From assembly GCF_006345805.1 (NCBI RefSeq), contig NC_043001.1, positions 1,550,001 to 1,614,000 on the forward strand: 64,000 nucleotides of DNA. The letters are read 5' to 3'. Source of the DNA: Octopus sinensis (lineage: Eukaryota). The translations under genes and the position numbers were made by a program. This document shows, in pieces, positions 1-12,084 of the stretch (positions are counted from its first letter, which is position 1; each line of letters starts with the position of its first letter). The notes below the pieces were generated by a model. It saw nothing but the letters and a program-made list of their open reading frames with translations, was not told the origin of the DNA and made no database searches.

Positions 1-770
1 GAGACCTGGGAGTAACAGTGGACAACAACATAAGCTGGGCTACACATATAAGCAGCAAAGTTGACATGGCCCGCAGAATGTGTTCCTGGATTCTCAGAAC
101 CTTCCAGTCGAGAGATTCCCACGCTATTATCCTTCTCTTCTCCACTTTTGCCCGACCCCACCTTGAATACTGCTGTCCACTGTGGTCTCCCTACACAAAA
201 CAAAATATTATGAGAATTGAAGCTCCCCAAAGGTCAATCACAAAAAAGATAGATGGCATGTCAGACCTTGACTACTGGGGTAGACTAGAGAAGCTGAAAT
301 TGTATTCACTCCAACGATGCCGTGAACGCTACATTATCTGTATGATGTGGAAAATATTCCATCAGCACTGTCCGAATGATGTTGGCATCACCTTCAAAAT
401 GCATCCAAGGCTTGGACCACGTGCCATCCGTCCACAACAAAAATCTAAATCGCATCACATAACGACAATACGGCACAACTATTTCACCTCATTTGGACCT
501 GCTCTCTTCAACATTACACCAGGACACGTCAAAAAAGAAACTGACCACACAAAATTCAAGAAGTCTTTGGACAAATTCCTTCAAACAGTACCGGACAAAC
601 CACCCACACCTGGATATGTCTCCGCAAACAATAACTCTCTGCTCGAATGGGCCTTGGTGCCCAAATCCTGAACTGAAAGACTTCGCCAGGTGGTGCTATT
701 AAGTTAGACATGGCCTGGGCCAATACTGGCCAAAAACCTTTCTAAGTTATTCTAAGTTATATATATATAT
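1..770 (+). mobile_element. CR1-like LINE 3' end (RT C-terminal region, 3'UTR, ttctaag-type tail), runs off window start
   Basis: ORF 18-671 reads (RDLGV)TVDNNISW...ILRTF...RPHLEYCCPLWSP...LYSLQRCRERY...LDKFLQTVPDKP, typical CR1 ORF2 C-terminus; followed by GGTGGTGC...CATGGCC 3'UTR and a repeated ttctaagt tail. Confidence 0.9.
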
Positions 771-1801
771 ATATCTACATATATATATATGTAGAGACTC
801 CAAATAAATGAGTCATCAAAGTCTCAGCTGAAACTGCTTGTCTTACATTATTGTTGGGCAATCTGTTCTTGGCAAAACTTTGAAACCACAGTTATTCTTA
901 TTTTATATTTCTTCCTAAGAAAATTCTACACTTTACTTTGCTATTGATTCAGTTTTACAGTCACCACTTGCTTTTTACTCCTCCTCACCCAACCCCCCAA
1001 ACACTGACAGCAAACAAAGGTCAGTTTCTGTTTCAGCCCCAAAGACAGTCACAATACCAAATTTTGTCATTTCCCCCACTTTTTTCTCTGTTCCAGTCTG
1101 TGCAGTATGCCGTGGACTGTGATAACCTAACCAACCCATATCAGCAGGAAAAAAACAAAAAAACAAAAGAAAAAACACAGCATGATCATCGGTTCTGTTA
1201 TTATAATCACTACTACTACTACTATTATTATCAGAATAACTTATATATTATGCAGGTGAATATTATGCAGATTACTCATTGGAAAAAAAACAAAAAAACA
1301 GAAGCACAGCATAGATTATTGGTGTTTTGAAATGTAAATCTTTACAGTATTGTAAACCGACCCTTCTCATCAGGAGGTCACATGGTGTAGAAAGGGTTAG
1401 ATAAGCTTCAATATGAAATCCTCATTGGAGCATGCATTACTTCACAGCTGAGTTTCCTGTCTCTTGTTGCCACTGTTGCCGCTATTACTGCTGCTCTCCA
1501 CTCAACTAAGAGCCAGCAATTGTGCTCCTGTTCACTGAGGTGGACCAACCAATGCAAGTCGAGCATTGTGTTTTCTTCAGGGTCAAGAGTTATAGCATGA
1601 TTTGCATGTGCACACATGCACGCATGTATATGTAGCCTGTGTATATATTTGTGTATCTATGTACACACACACACACACACACAACAGCTATCAGTCTGTC
1701 TATCATTCTATCTATATGCACATCACATACCTACATTCAGACCAGTGGTATTGAAATGCTGACTTTTTTCTTCCAAACGAGTTGGAAATGCTTCTATACA
1801 T

Positions 1802-1868
<67 letters not shown>

Positions 1869-2013
1869 TGTGTGAATTTTAAGTTATAAAATATGGATCC
1901 AACTGAATTATCTTTACATATTTTATTAAGCTGCAAAACAATTGCTGTTATATAAGAATTGCTAATGGTTAAATAAATTTTACCCGACTATATTTCTCTT
2001 GTTATTAGATATA

Positions 2014-2080
2014 TGGTGCTATTAAGTTAGACATGGCCTGGGCCAATAATGGCCGAAAAGTATCAAAGTATCAAAGTATT
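2014..2080 (+). mobile_element. Short 3'UTR stub of the same CR1 family, with (aagtatca)n tail
   Basis: ggtgctattaagttagacatggcctgggccaata matches the 3'UTR after the stop at 671; tail repeat differs. Confidence 0.85.
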
Positions 2081-4633
2081 TACACATACATACATAAGTG
2101 AAAACAATTTCCCTGGTTTGCTAGTCTCCATCCATTAATATTGTTCTTTCTCTCTCACCTCCCTGAACCATTGAATTTATCTCCCCTCAGCCATTGTGCC
2201 ACTCTCTCTCTCTCTCTTTCTCCCACTTCTGCAGCCAACCCAAACACATCAGCTCCCTGCTTCTCTTGTCAAGGGTATTCTCATTATTATCCTGCTGCCT
2301 CCATCCCTTCATGCCTCCTCAAACTCATGGCCCTTCAACCCTTCCTGAGCTTTACAGATGTTACCTGCCTCCCACCCTCCCATTTCCTGTATCTCTTCCC
2401 CACCCACGATTCTACCTGAGATGCCATTTGAACCCACCATCACCACTACCTCACTTTTTGGAGATGCTACCAGTTTTATTTCACCCTCTCCCCTAAATGT
2501 GAATGGCCTCTACAACAGGTACCTGCTCTACCTTGACCAACTAATGTATGGATGCAGCAGACCCTTTCCTCATGTTTATAGACTTGGGAGCTACATGGGG
2601 TCTCAATAGTGCCAGTGGCATGAAAGAAAAGACAATACACACTATAAAGTGATTGGCATTCTGAAGGACACCCAGCTGTGAAAATCACACAAAAGCTGAC
2701 ATTGGAGGATGAGGAAGTCCTTGGTCACATCGGATCCTTTCAAACCATCCAACCAATGCCAACAGGGAACAATGATGACTATGATGATGAGGATGTATAT
2801 TCAGATATGTACCTATTTCTTTACTATCCACAAGGGGCTAAACGCAGAGAGCACAAACGAGGACAGACCGGTTAAGTCGATTACATTGACCCCAGTTCAT
2901 AACTGGTACTTATTTAATCGACCCCGAAAGGATGTTCAGATATGTACCTTTGTCTCTACTCATGTTTTATTTTTACATTAGTTTAAAAACCCAGTGTTGT
3001 TGTTAATGCTGTGTTCATTTAGGTCCCAAAGCCTGGTGGTTCAACAAATAGCGACGGATAAAATAATTGGCAGATAGAAATACCAACTGAGAGTGATATG
3101 ATTGCTTAAACCTTTGAAGGAGGTACCCCCAGCACGACCCCGAGCTTATGAATGAAGCTAGTAAAAGAACAGACAAGCCCACCAAAGAAACAGACTGACA
3201 GACGCACAGACCTGCAAACACACAGACATACAGACCTGCAGGCACACAGCCTTTTGCACATAAAATTACATACATAAACATTGATTCCTTTTATTATGTC
3301 TGCTTTTACTCAGGCTGAGCAAGAAATAACTTCTTATCTAAAATTTATTAATTCATATGCTTTATGGTGTGTTACAAAATTTCCCTCACATACTAACTGA
3401 CAAGTTTACATCAGTAAAGGATATATATTAGGAATATTGATTGATATATAAACAATCTGACCAAGAGAGAGAGAGAGAGAGAGATTCTGATGGCAGCGTG
3501 GTGCAATGAGACAGATTTAAAGTCTTCAACTTTTAGTTGTTGAACCCATGTGTGCTCTTTAAAAATTTTATAACCTCAAATTTGTTTCAGAAAATGTCTA
3601 GCAATTTATGCACTTATATATTATAAACATATTTTATTTGCATATATATTATATACATATTACATGTATATTATTTACATATATTACATATATGTATATT
3701 ATTTATCTATATAATACATTATATATACATATTATTTGCATGTTATTTATATATAATACTTTACATGTGTGTGTGTGTGTGCATACAGACAGATAGATAA
3801 ATAGATAGATAGATATCGTTATTGATAATACCTAGAAAGTGCTTCTTTTCCACTCATCAAAGTGAATGGGGCTTTGACCAAGAGGAGCTGATGCCATCAG
3901 ATGGTATCCAATGATAGTTCAGCAAAGGTGGTCAAATTACAGTTTGTCATCTCCTCTTGGATTCTAGCTTAACTCCTCTCTTGCTCCACAAACAACAAGA
4001 AGTTCTTTCTTCTCTCTCTCTCTCCCCTCCGTTACTCTGTCACTCTTCACTCCTCTTCACTTGTTCCAATGGCTGTAAGCATCCCCCATACTAACCCAGC
4101 TGCTGATCTTAACTTGGAAAGGCCATGGATGCCATCCTTTCTATCTGAAATCTGGCAGATTCAATCCATGGGCCTGATCACACACCTTTTCCCTACAGGA
4201 CAGCAGGCTTAACCAGGATTACTTTCCTTGCATTTTATATATTCAGTGGAGGAATGGAATATTCACCATTTTACAAATTTGCCACAGAAGCCACTTAAAG
4301 TTTTCCAAAGAATATTGATGATTTTGGCTTTGTGTTTTTTGTCAGTGAATCATTTACCAATTTGCATACATATCTAAGTGAACCATTATTGTCTAATAAC
4401 AGCTGATATATTGAAGCAGAAAGGTCATTGGAATTTTTTTATGTCTTTAACTAGTTTATAGATTTGGTTGTTAATGCATTATTCAAATGAGATATATTTG
4501 TCTATTAAACAAGGATTTATTGACAGAAAATTGCATATATATATATATATATATATAATAAGAATTTAATAAATAAAATATATGCATACATACATACATA
4601 AATGTACATACCTACATCTATATGTATATATAC

Positions 4634-4870
4634 ATGCATATATGAGTACAGGACGCCACAAATAAACGTAGAACACGAGAAACGAAAACATAAAATCAAA
4701 CAAGGAAACGGACTTTTTTTAACAACGAAAAAACAGAGTACAAGACAAACAACACAAGGAATATTCCCCTTCATCAGCTGCCCTTGTTTCGACTCAATGC
4801 ATGTTTCGAAGGTAAGGGCAGAACACGATCCGGCCGAAGCAGTCCTTCCTGCAGAATGAATTAAATAATA
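4634..4870 (-). mobile_element. Small repeat element in a TA microsatellite, related to 60609-60905 (possible Penelope-LTR-like or MITE piece)
   Basis: End ATGCATATATGAGTACAGGACGCCACAAA resembles the 60609-60905 terminus; CTGA(T/G)GAAGG...TTGTCTTGT block is shared. Confidence 0.5.
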
Positions 4871-5042
4871 AGGGCTTTTTTTTAAGCATATGTATATATA
4901 TAGTTATCTATTTATAATTATGTGAATTAGTGTAATCCATTATGTTTTCATTGTTGTGCATTGTTGTGTGCACTTGATTTGACAAATTCTGTTTTTACCA
5001 ATTCTGCTAATAATTCAAGAAAATTATTCACTGCCTTTGTAG

Positions 5043-5153
5043 GCATCAGTTGTGTCAATTCTTGAAGGTCTTCCATTTTCTCTTTTGATATCGAAGGCAG
5101 TTGGGAATACTTTGTTTGAGCTGTATGCTAGGCTCAATGAAATGGTGCTACAG
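5043..5153 (+). CDS. Candidate phase-0 coding exon (ASVVSILEGLPFSLLISKAVGNTLFELYARLNEMVLQ), protein unidentified
   Basis: Acceptor ctgcctttgtag|, donor CAG|gtgttt, 111 nt open, phase-compatible with the candidate exon at 5362. Confidence 0.4.
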
Positions 5154-5361
5154 GTGTTTTTTGGCTTCCCTATGGCCTGACGGGATGGTTTTTTGCCAAG
5201 GGTTATATGATATGCAGTGGATATGATGCAGCCTTCTTTGTATTTAAAAGCAAATATTAACTTTCTTGCATCAGTGAATTTAGCAGTTGATGATTTCCTC
5301 CACAAAATGCATAATTTCAGGACATCAAAATAAAGAAAATCACATTATTTTGTTTCTGCAG

Positions 5362-5466
5362 ATGGAAAGTGCTGAGAAACTGCAGGAGTTATTGCTAAAA
5401 TGTAACCCTCTCTACCCACACCTCATCTGTTTATTACTGACCTTCCAACTTAAATTCCAATATTAA
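5362..5466 (+). CDS. Candidate next or terminal exon (MESAEKLQELLLKCNPLYPHLICLLLTFQLKFQY*); alternative weak donor after 5401
   Basis: Strong acceptor tttgtttctgcag|; 208-nt intron from 5153; frame continuous. Confidence 0.35.
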   Translation: MESAEKLQELLLKCNPLYPHLICLLLTFQLKFQY

Positions 5467-5934
5467 AGAGTATAAATTGCTAATTTTTTTTCTTTCTTTT
5501 TTTTTTTTTGCATCGATAAAGAAAAGATTTCAAATATAACTTGAAGATGAAAAAAAGCAATGTTTGAAATTTTGCAAAATATTCCCTTCCTTCACTGATT
5601 GTAACAATTTTTATTACACCCCCAGCACACCCATGAATATGCATACATATGTATTAATTATAATGTATATTTATCTATATACACATTACATGTATGATAA
5701 TATACACGCATCTACACATCTAGCAACCAAAGAATGGAGATGTTGGTATTGCATAGTTATTACTTGGTTACAACTGTTTCAACACCATGTGGATAATAAA
5801 TAATTTAGTAAGTTGGAAAACATGGATATGAGCCATGATTACGAAACGCTGTCGTGTAGAGTGAAAACAGTGATTTCTTCATGAACTCGAACAAATTAAT
5901 ACAAGAACAACTTGGATGAATTCACCAACATATA

Positions 5935-6177
5935 TCTTTTATTTGTTTCAGTCATTAGACTACGGCCATGCTGGGGCACCACCTTTAAGAACTTCTAGTT
6001 GAATATATCAAAGTATTTAGTCATTTTAAAGCCTGACACTTATTTTATCAAGCTCATTTGCCAAACCACTAAGTTATAGTGATATAAACATACTAACACT
6101 CGTTCTCAAAGAGACACAAAGATACACACATATATAATGTATGTATTACAGTGGGCTTCTTTCAGTTTCCATTTACC
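5935..6177 (-). mobile_element. tRNA-derived SINE family A, 3' part; head fragment resumes at 7000-7075
   Basis: gtttcagtcattagactacggccatgctggggcacc tail and gggcttctttcagtttcc core match the full copy at 59637-60057. Confidence 0.65.
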
Positions 6178-6999
6178 ATATCCTAGGTGACCAAGTCAGT
6201 AGCGGGGGAGGGTGCACTGAAAGTGTAGCTGCTAGAATAAGAATAGCCTGGGCTAAGTTCAGAGAGCTCTTAACTCTGCTGGTGACAAAGGGCCTCTTGC
6301 TCAGAGTAAAAGGTAGACTGTACGACGCATGTGTACGAACAGCCATGCTACGTGGCAGTGAAACATGGGCTGTGATTACTGAGGATATGCGTAAGCTTGC
6401 AAGGAATGAAGCCAGCATGCTCCGATGGATGTATAATGCCAGTGTGCATACTCGACAGAGTGTTAGTGCCCTAAGAGAAAGGTTGGACCTAAGAAGCATC
6501 AGATGTGGTGTTCAAGAGAGACAACTGCGCTGGTATGGTCATGTGGCGAGAATGGATGTCAATAGCTGTGTGAAAAAGTGCCACACCCTAGCAGTTGAGG
6601 GAACCTGTGGAATAGGTAGACCCAGGAAGACCTGGGATGAGGTGAAGCATGACCATCAAACATTGGGCCTCACCGAGGCAATGAATAGTGACCGGGACCT
6701 CTGAAAATATGCTGTGCTGCAGAAGACTCGACAATCGCAAGTGTGACCATAACCTTGTGGCCTATGCTAGCGGTAAAAAAGCACCATGTGGGTGTGGCCG
6801 TTGACAGTACCACCAAACTGGCCCTCGTGCCAGTGGCCTGTAAAAGCACCCACTACACTCTCGGAGTGGTTGGTGTTAGGAAGGGCATCCAGCTGAAGAA
6901 ACTCTGCCAGATCAGATTGGAGTCTGGTTCGCCAGACCTCAGTCAAATCGTCCAACCCATGCTAGCATGGAAAGCGGACGTTACATGATGATGATGATA
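6178..6999 (+). mobile_element. RTE-clade LINE 3' fragment (ORF C-terminus, 3'UTR, (GAT)n tail)
   Basis: ORF 6141-6704: RIRIAWAKFREL...LYDACVRTAMLRGSETWA...LRWYGHVARM...GRPRKTW, RTE signature; 3'UTR ends ccaacccatgctagcatggaaagcggacgtta+(tga)n. Confidence 0.9.
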
Positions 7000-7428
7000 T
7001 CCATTCACCCAAGGTGCCAGATAGTAGGACTGAACCCAAAACCATGTGGCTGGAAAACAAGCTTCTTGCCACCTATATTTATCATTAATTTATTTTTGCT
7101 TATATTTCTTTAAGACTTTTCAGAGTCACAACAGATGTTTCACTTGCCACTCCTAAAACAGTCAAATATATTTGATAAACATATCTTTTTACACATGTCC
7201 ACTTCTCCTTCTCCTCTCTCACATCCAGCTTCATAAGAGACAGAGCCAAAATGTCTCTAAATTCAGGCAGAAATCAATGTCTCTAATTGATTTCTTTTAA
7301 CATTCAAACTCCTCATTGTGATTGACTGAGTTGTTCTGTAGATTCTGAGTCAGGAATATTAAAAGGTGGTAACACCACTTTGACTCACAGGTTCAATATC
7401 AGCTTGAGTCACACCACACCATTCCTTC

Positions 7429-7429
<1 letters not shown>

Positions 7430-7463
<34 letters not shown>

Positions 7464-7750
7464 CTATTAGTGGTGGTATCATCTTGCTTCTGTTTTCTTG
7501 TTCTGACAGGGGTTAGAGGAGTGTCTTCCATTGCATATTGCTCCTTAGTACTGTCCATGTCGTTTCCTTCATCAAGTTCTGCATTCTCAGATGATCCTTC
7601 ACTCTTTCATTCCATGTTTCTCTCTTTCACACATTTCCTCCAATCAGATTGCTTCTTGAATATTACAGTCAAAATCTTTGATATGAATGTGCTCCAGCTG
7701 GCCCAATGACTTATTAAAAGTCATGGAATTTGATAAAATTCAAAAACCTG
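7430..7750 (-). pseudogene. Degraded coding relic, possibly a Tc1/mariner-like transposase C-terminus
   Basis: One minus frame reads VFEFYQIP*LLISHWASWSTFISKILTVIFKKQSDWRKCVKERNME*KSEGSSENAELDEGNDMDSTKEQYAMEDTPLTPVRTRKQKQDDTTTNSDDDDD*; DWRKCV plus acidic tail recalls Tc1-like C-termini (from memory). Confidence 0.3.
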
Positions 7751-8094
7751 AGGCATCATAGGGGACAAGTTGATATGGAGATGAGAATTGAGAATTGTAT
7801 CTTCAGATCTTAGTAAGGGTTATGTTACATTTAAGCAATGCTTTTAACTCTGCTCATTAATTAATTAGAGATGAATGTTTCTAATTACAATTGCAATCCT
7901 AATTAGAAATATTTACACAGTGAAGAACATATTACTTCAATGACTGATATCATTTTCATTATTTTGGAGAGTAAGGGAAACAACTGTAGGCAGTTTTCAG
8001 TTTTGTTAAACCTCTTCAGTAAATCCTAGCTTCTATCTTACTAAAGTAGTGACAAAGGAATCATAATTATTAGAATGCTTGTGAAATTAACATG

Positions 8095-8335
8095 CAAGAA
8101 GTTGAGCCCTTCACAGACATGTGTACCCTTAACGCAGGTCCCGGAGATTCAGTGTTACACAGAATGTGACAAGGCTGACCCCTTTGAAATTCAGGTACAA
8201 CTGATTGTTGCCTGCTGAGTGGACTGGAGCAACATGAAATAGAGTCTCTTGCTTAAGGACACAATGCATCGCTGGAAATCAAACTCATGACTTAGGATCA
8301 TAAGCTGAATTACCCCAAATCACGAAAGCACACAC
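8095..8335 (-). mobile_element. CORE/MIR-like tRNA SINE; second copy about 32450-32700
   Basis: ggagcaacatgaaatagagtctcttgcttaaggacacaa matches 32581-32620 ggagctgtgtgaaatgaagagtcttgctcaaggacacaa; B-box-like head follows on minus. Confidence 0.6.
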
Positions 8336-10196
8336 ACACGTGTGTGTGTGTGTATAAACACACACACACACACACAAAGAATTACCATAAAGAACTTGAG
8401 CAGTACTTTTGTAAGTTTAGTGCTATGTATAATAAAAATTAATCTGTGAAAAGGACAAGTTAAAGAATTTATTACATTTTATAAAACAAATTTATTCTTG
8501 AGATTGTTAATTATCAACACACCCACCACCCTCCCTTATACTTAGCATTTCACCATCATTAAATATACACACTGTGGTGCAATTCAAAATTCCTAGAAAT
8601 ATGGTTTGTGGCTGTTTTTCCCATTTATAGCCTGAATAACATTAGCTAACCCACAAATCATATATACAACGAAATTTAGTTGAACAAATAGTAGTTTTTA
8701 AATGTTCCCATAAAATAAAGTTGAGGTAATAATTAAATTTTTCAAAAATTAATAAACAATTTTTTGATTGATGACAGTAAAATAGATGCATCAGGCTTTT
8801 AAATATTCTGTACAAATTAATTCTATCATATATAGAAGTATAGTTATAAAAATTTCAAAATTTAAAATTCCACTAGGACTTTCTAATGACCTGTATAATG
8901 CTGGATCGATAATTTTGTTAGAAATATCTAAGGTTTATCATTATAACATTTCAATATTCATGATGAAATTAATATACAATAAACAGAAATATTGATTTCT
9001 AGCAGTCAATTATATCAAGCCCAGTATCTGATTGGCATTTTATCTTATCAACCCTTGAAGGATGAAAGGTAAAATCTGAAGTCAGAATGTAACCAGACCT
9101 GACTAAAAGAAAGATTCTTTTTTTACATTTGAACAAGGCTAGAAATTTCAAGAGAAATAACAGTTGATTTTGTCGACCCTGGTAATTGACTAATACTTTA
9201 TTTTAGCCACCCTTGGACTAATTGTACTTTATCTTATTGACCCCAGAAAGGCAGCATTTGCTTTGACATGATTTGAACTAGGAATATAAGTGACCATAAA
9301 TAAATACTGTGCAATGTTTTAGCATCTTGCTTAAGAATCTGACAATTCTGGAACAGTAACAAGCCAGGAAGGAAGCCTTTACATTGGCACATGGCCTACT
9401 AGAAATAACAGCTGACTTCTGTCAGGTCAAATTTTTCAGTCTTTAGAAAAATAAAGAGCATATTGGATAATTAAAATAAAATCAAGGAATTTACTGAATA
9501 AATAAAATCAAAGACCAGTTTGTATCAAAAGACAGAATAGTCTTTGATCATAGGACAGGCTGACCTTGGGTTAAACAACAACACCAACAAAGAACAACAT
9601 TTTATGAGGGAATAGGAAATGGTAGGAGTTCACTGTTATATATGTAACTCTCATCTCCAGGTTCAATTTTTCCCTGCTCAAAAATAAAACTTGAATACTA
9701 TCATTATTGTTAGTATCATTGTCAACGCCATTAACTTTGTATCCCTAAGGCTTCGTCTGCTACAACTGGAACTTGCTGCCATACACAAGAATAAATAGAA
9801 ATTGGTGATTCTGGTTGACTGGATGAACACAGTGAAAGAATCCAGTGAATTGGACTGACAAGTTTTGCAGGTTTGTTCACTTGTCTCTTGACATAACTTC
9901 TCAGGCAGAATGAGACGATCACAGAGAAATGGTTTACCAATGCTTAACATATATCTCAGATATTTACAGTTCCAGGAATCAATACCATTTACTATACACA
10001 TCCCTACAGATTTCGAGCTGTGTCTTGTCAAAAGAAATCCTTATGAATAATAATGATAATAATAATAATAATAATGATGATGTCTTCGGGTTTAAGTTCA
10101 TACTACTTTTTTTGCTCTGTGAAGTCCATACTTGTTGCAAAGTGTCCAATGGACAATCCTTGCTATGTTGTCATGATGTCTCTTATATTCTTTTAT

Positions 10197-10558
10197 CATT
10201 ATTGCTTTTGCATGGCTTCTAATGCTGGAGATGTACTAAGGTGCCAGCTGTTCACTACCAGTGAACTAAAATAACACTCCCTATTTTTCGAGAACCGTCT
10301 GGAGTATTCAAGCGGTTCCAAGCAAGTGCTCCGCCTTTATTACACTCCCTATTTGTTCCATGTTCTTACTTCAGTAAAAATCTTGAGAAGCACATGGAAC
10401 AAATAGGGGCTGCAATAGGAAAACAGCATTGCTTGGAACTGCTTGAATACTCCAGATGGGCCTCGAAAACAAGGAGTGTTACTTCAGTTCACTGGTAGTG
10501 AAGAGCTGGCACCATAGCACATCTCCAGTGATAGAAGCTGTGCAAAGAAAATGATGAT
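10197..10558. repeat. Inverted (fold-back) pair of RLE-LINE 3' ends, arms about 170 bp, spacer about 20 nt
   Basis: 10197-10367 is the reverse complement of 10388-10558 (roughly 80-85% by eye); right arm encodes EKHMEQIGAA and then LGTA-like end plus 3'UTR. Confidence 0.85.
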
Positions 10559-10574
10559 AATAACAATAATAATA

Positions 10575-10632
<58 letters not shown>

Positions 10633-10633
10633 G

Positions 10634-11173
10634 TACCAGACAGTGGCTCTCATGGCTTCTGATCTTAACTGATTGGAAGTGTTATCATGTATATTGTTTG
10701 TCTCGGTATAAAAGATGGGCTACAGCAAATATTCTGCTCAATACCACAGATTTGCTTGTCAGTTGTTTGACCTTAACCAGTTGAGCATGTCCCTTAGTGG
10801 CTGACGATACGTGCATCTCTGATCATGAGCAGAAGTAGTCGGGAAGCATATAGCCATGTGTTGAGAGGGATTCTTTGGGGTTTGAATAATTCACCTCTGG
10901 AAACATGGGTGTTTTGTTCAACATCCTTAAACAACCCTTCTTTAGGGACCTTTTGAGTGGGATGGGCTACTCAACCTGAAGAAATTTCTAACTGAGCCCC
11001 ACCTGCAAGGTCATGTGCTATTTATCTTGATATGAGATCACCATGTCGTGCACATATGATTGTGATGCATGTGCCTAGTGTACCCTTATCAGATGGGTAG
11101 TCATGATGGGTATACTGGGCTTCGTATATTTTATCCTGTGTCACTTTGATGACGTGCACTGCTCTCTCACTCA
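10634..11173 (+). mobile_element. ~540-bp non-coding retroposon in (AAT)n, copy 1
   Basis: Highly similar to 20525-21066 and 58672-59141; (AAT)n on both sides; ends ctctctcactcaataat. Confidence 0.9.
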
Positions 11174-11269
11174 ATAATAACAATAATAATAATAACAGCA
11201 GTTAACCTTCAATATTTTCCTAAACCATGAACATTGTAGTTAACCTTGAACATTTTCAATCGAAATCGA

Positions 11270-11735
11270 AATTGAACCAATCCTATGGCTGGCACCCGTC
11301 AGTTGCCAGTGCTGCTGGACTGACTCCTGTGCAGGTGGCAAGTAAAGAAACATCGTTTCGACCCTGTGCTTGAGGAGACCTATTGAGTCAAGTACATCAA
11401 CATCAAAAATCAATGGAAATTGTAGTTGTGATCCCTGTACCGGTGGCACGTAAAAAGCACCATCCGAACATGGCTGATGCCAGCACCGCCTTGACTGGCT
11501 TCCATGCCAGTGGCACGTAAAAAGCACCAATCCAATCATGACCGTTGCCACCTGTGCCGGTGGCATGTAAAAAGCATCCACTACATTCACGGAGTGGTTG
11601 GCGTTAGGAAGGGCATCCAGTTGTAGAAACACTGCCAGATCAGACTGGGGCCCGGTGCAGCCTTCTGGCTTCCCAGATCCTGGTCGAACCATCCAACCCA
11701 TGCTAGCATGGAAAGCGGACGTTAAACGATGATGA
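11270..11735 (+). mobile_element. RTE 3'UTR-derived repeat with several GTGCC-GGT-GGCAC/GTAAAAAGCACC modules
   Basis: Same terminus as 6760-6999; module repeated about 4 times. Confidence 0.85.
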
Positions 11736-12084
11736 TGATTTTGATGCATGTTCTTCAAAATGCACTGAATTCTTGTTTCAGGAAGGAAATTCTTGGTGTA
11801 ACTCTCAAACAATGGGAAATATGATAACAGCAGCAGCAGCTACAGCAACAATAATCCTTTCTTTATTGGCCACAAGGATTCATACATGGAATACAGTGGC
11901 ACAGAAAAGATTATAGGACATGACTGATGTGCATAGTTACATACGTATGTGTGACTGGATGGTTCCCTATCATCCAACAATAAGTGTTCATTTTTACAAT
12001 CAACCAAACTCCCTGATCATTGAATAAATGCTTATCTGGCAGGAAACTCCTCAGACACATGTACCCTTAACATAATCCTGAGAC

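Noticed and set aside
4760-4860. Hammerhead on the minus strand (CTGATGA at about 4771-4777)
   Set aside because: No GAAA after a helix II; the nearby GAAAC lies upstream with only 8 nt between, too short for a permuted form. The 58487-58500 CTGAAGACAGAAAC is LINE coding sequence without helices.
9678-10031. 117-aa minus ORF as a gene or LINE piece
   Set aside because: No recognisable motif in any of the six frames and no convincing splice sites; length is within chance expectation.
11240-11812. 190-aa ORF as a protein gene
   Set aside because: It is the antisense reading of the non-coding RTE 3'UTR repeat.
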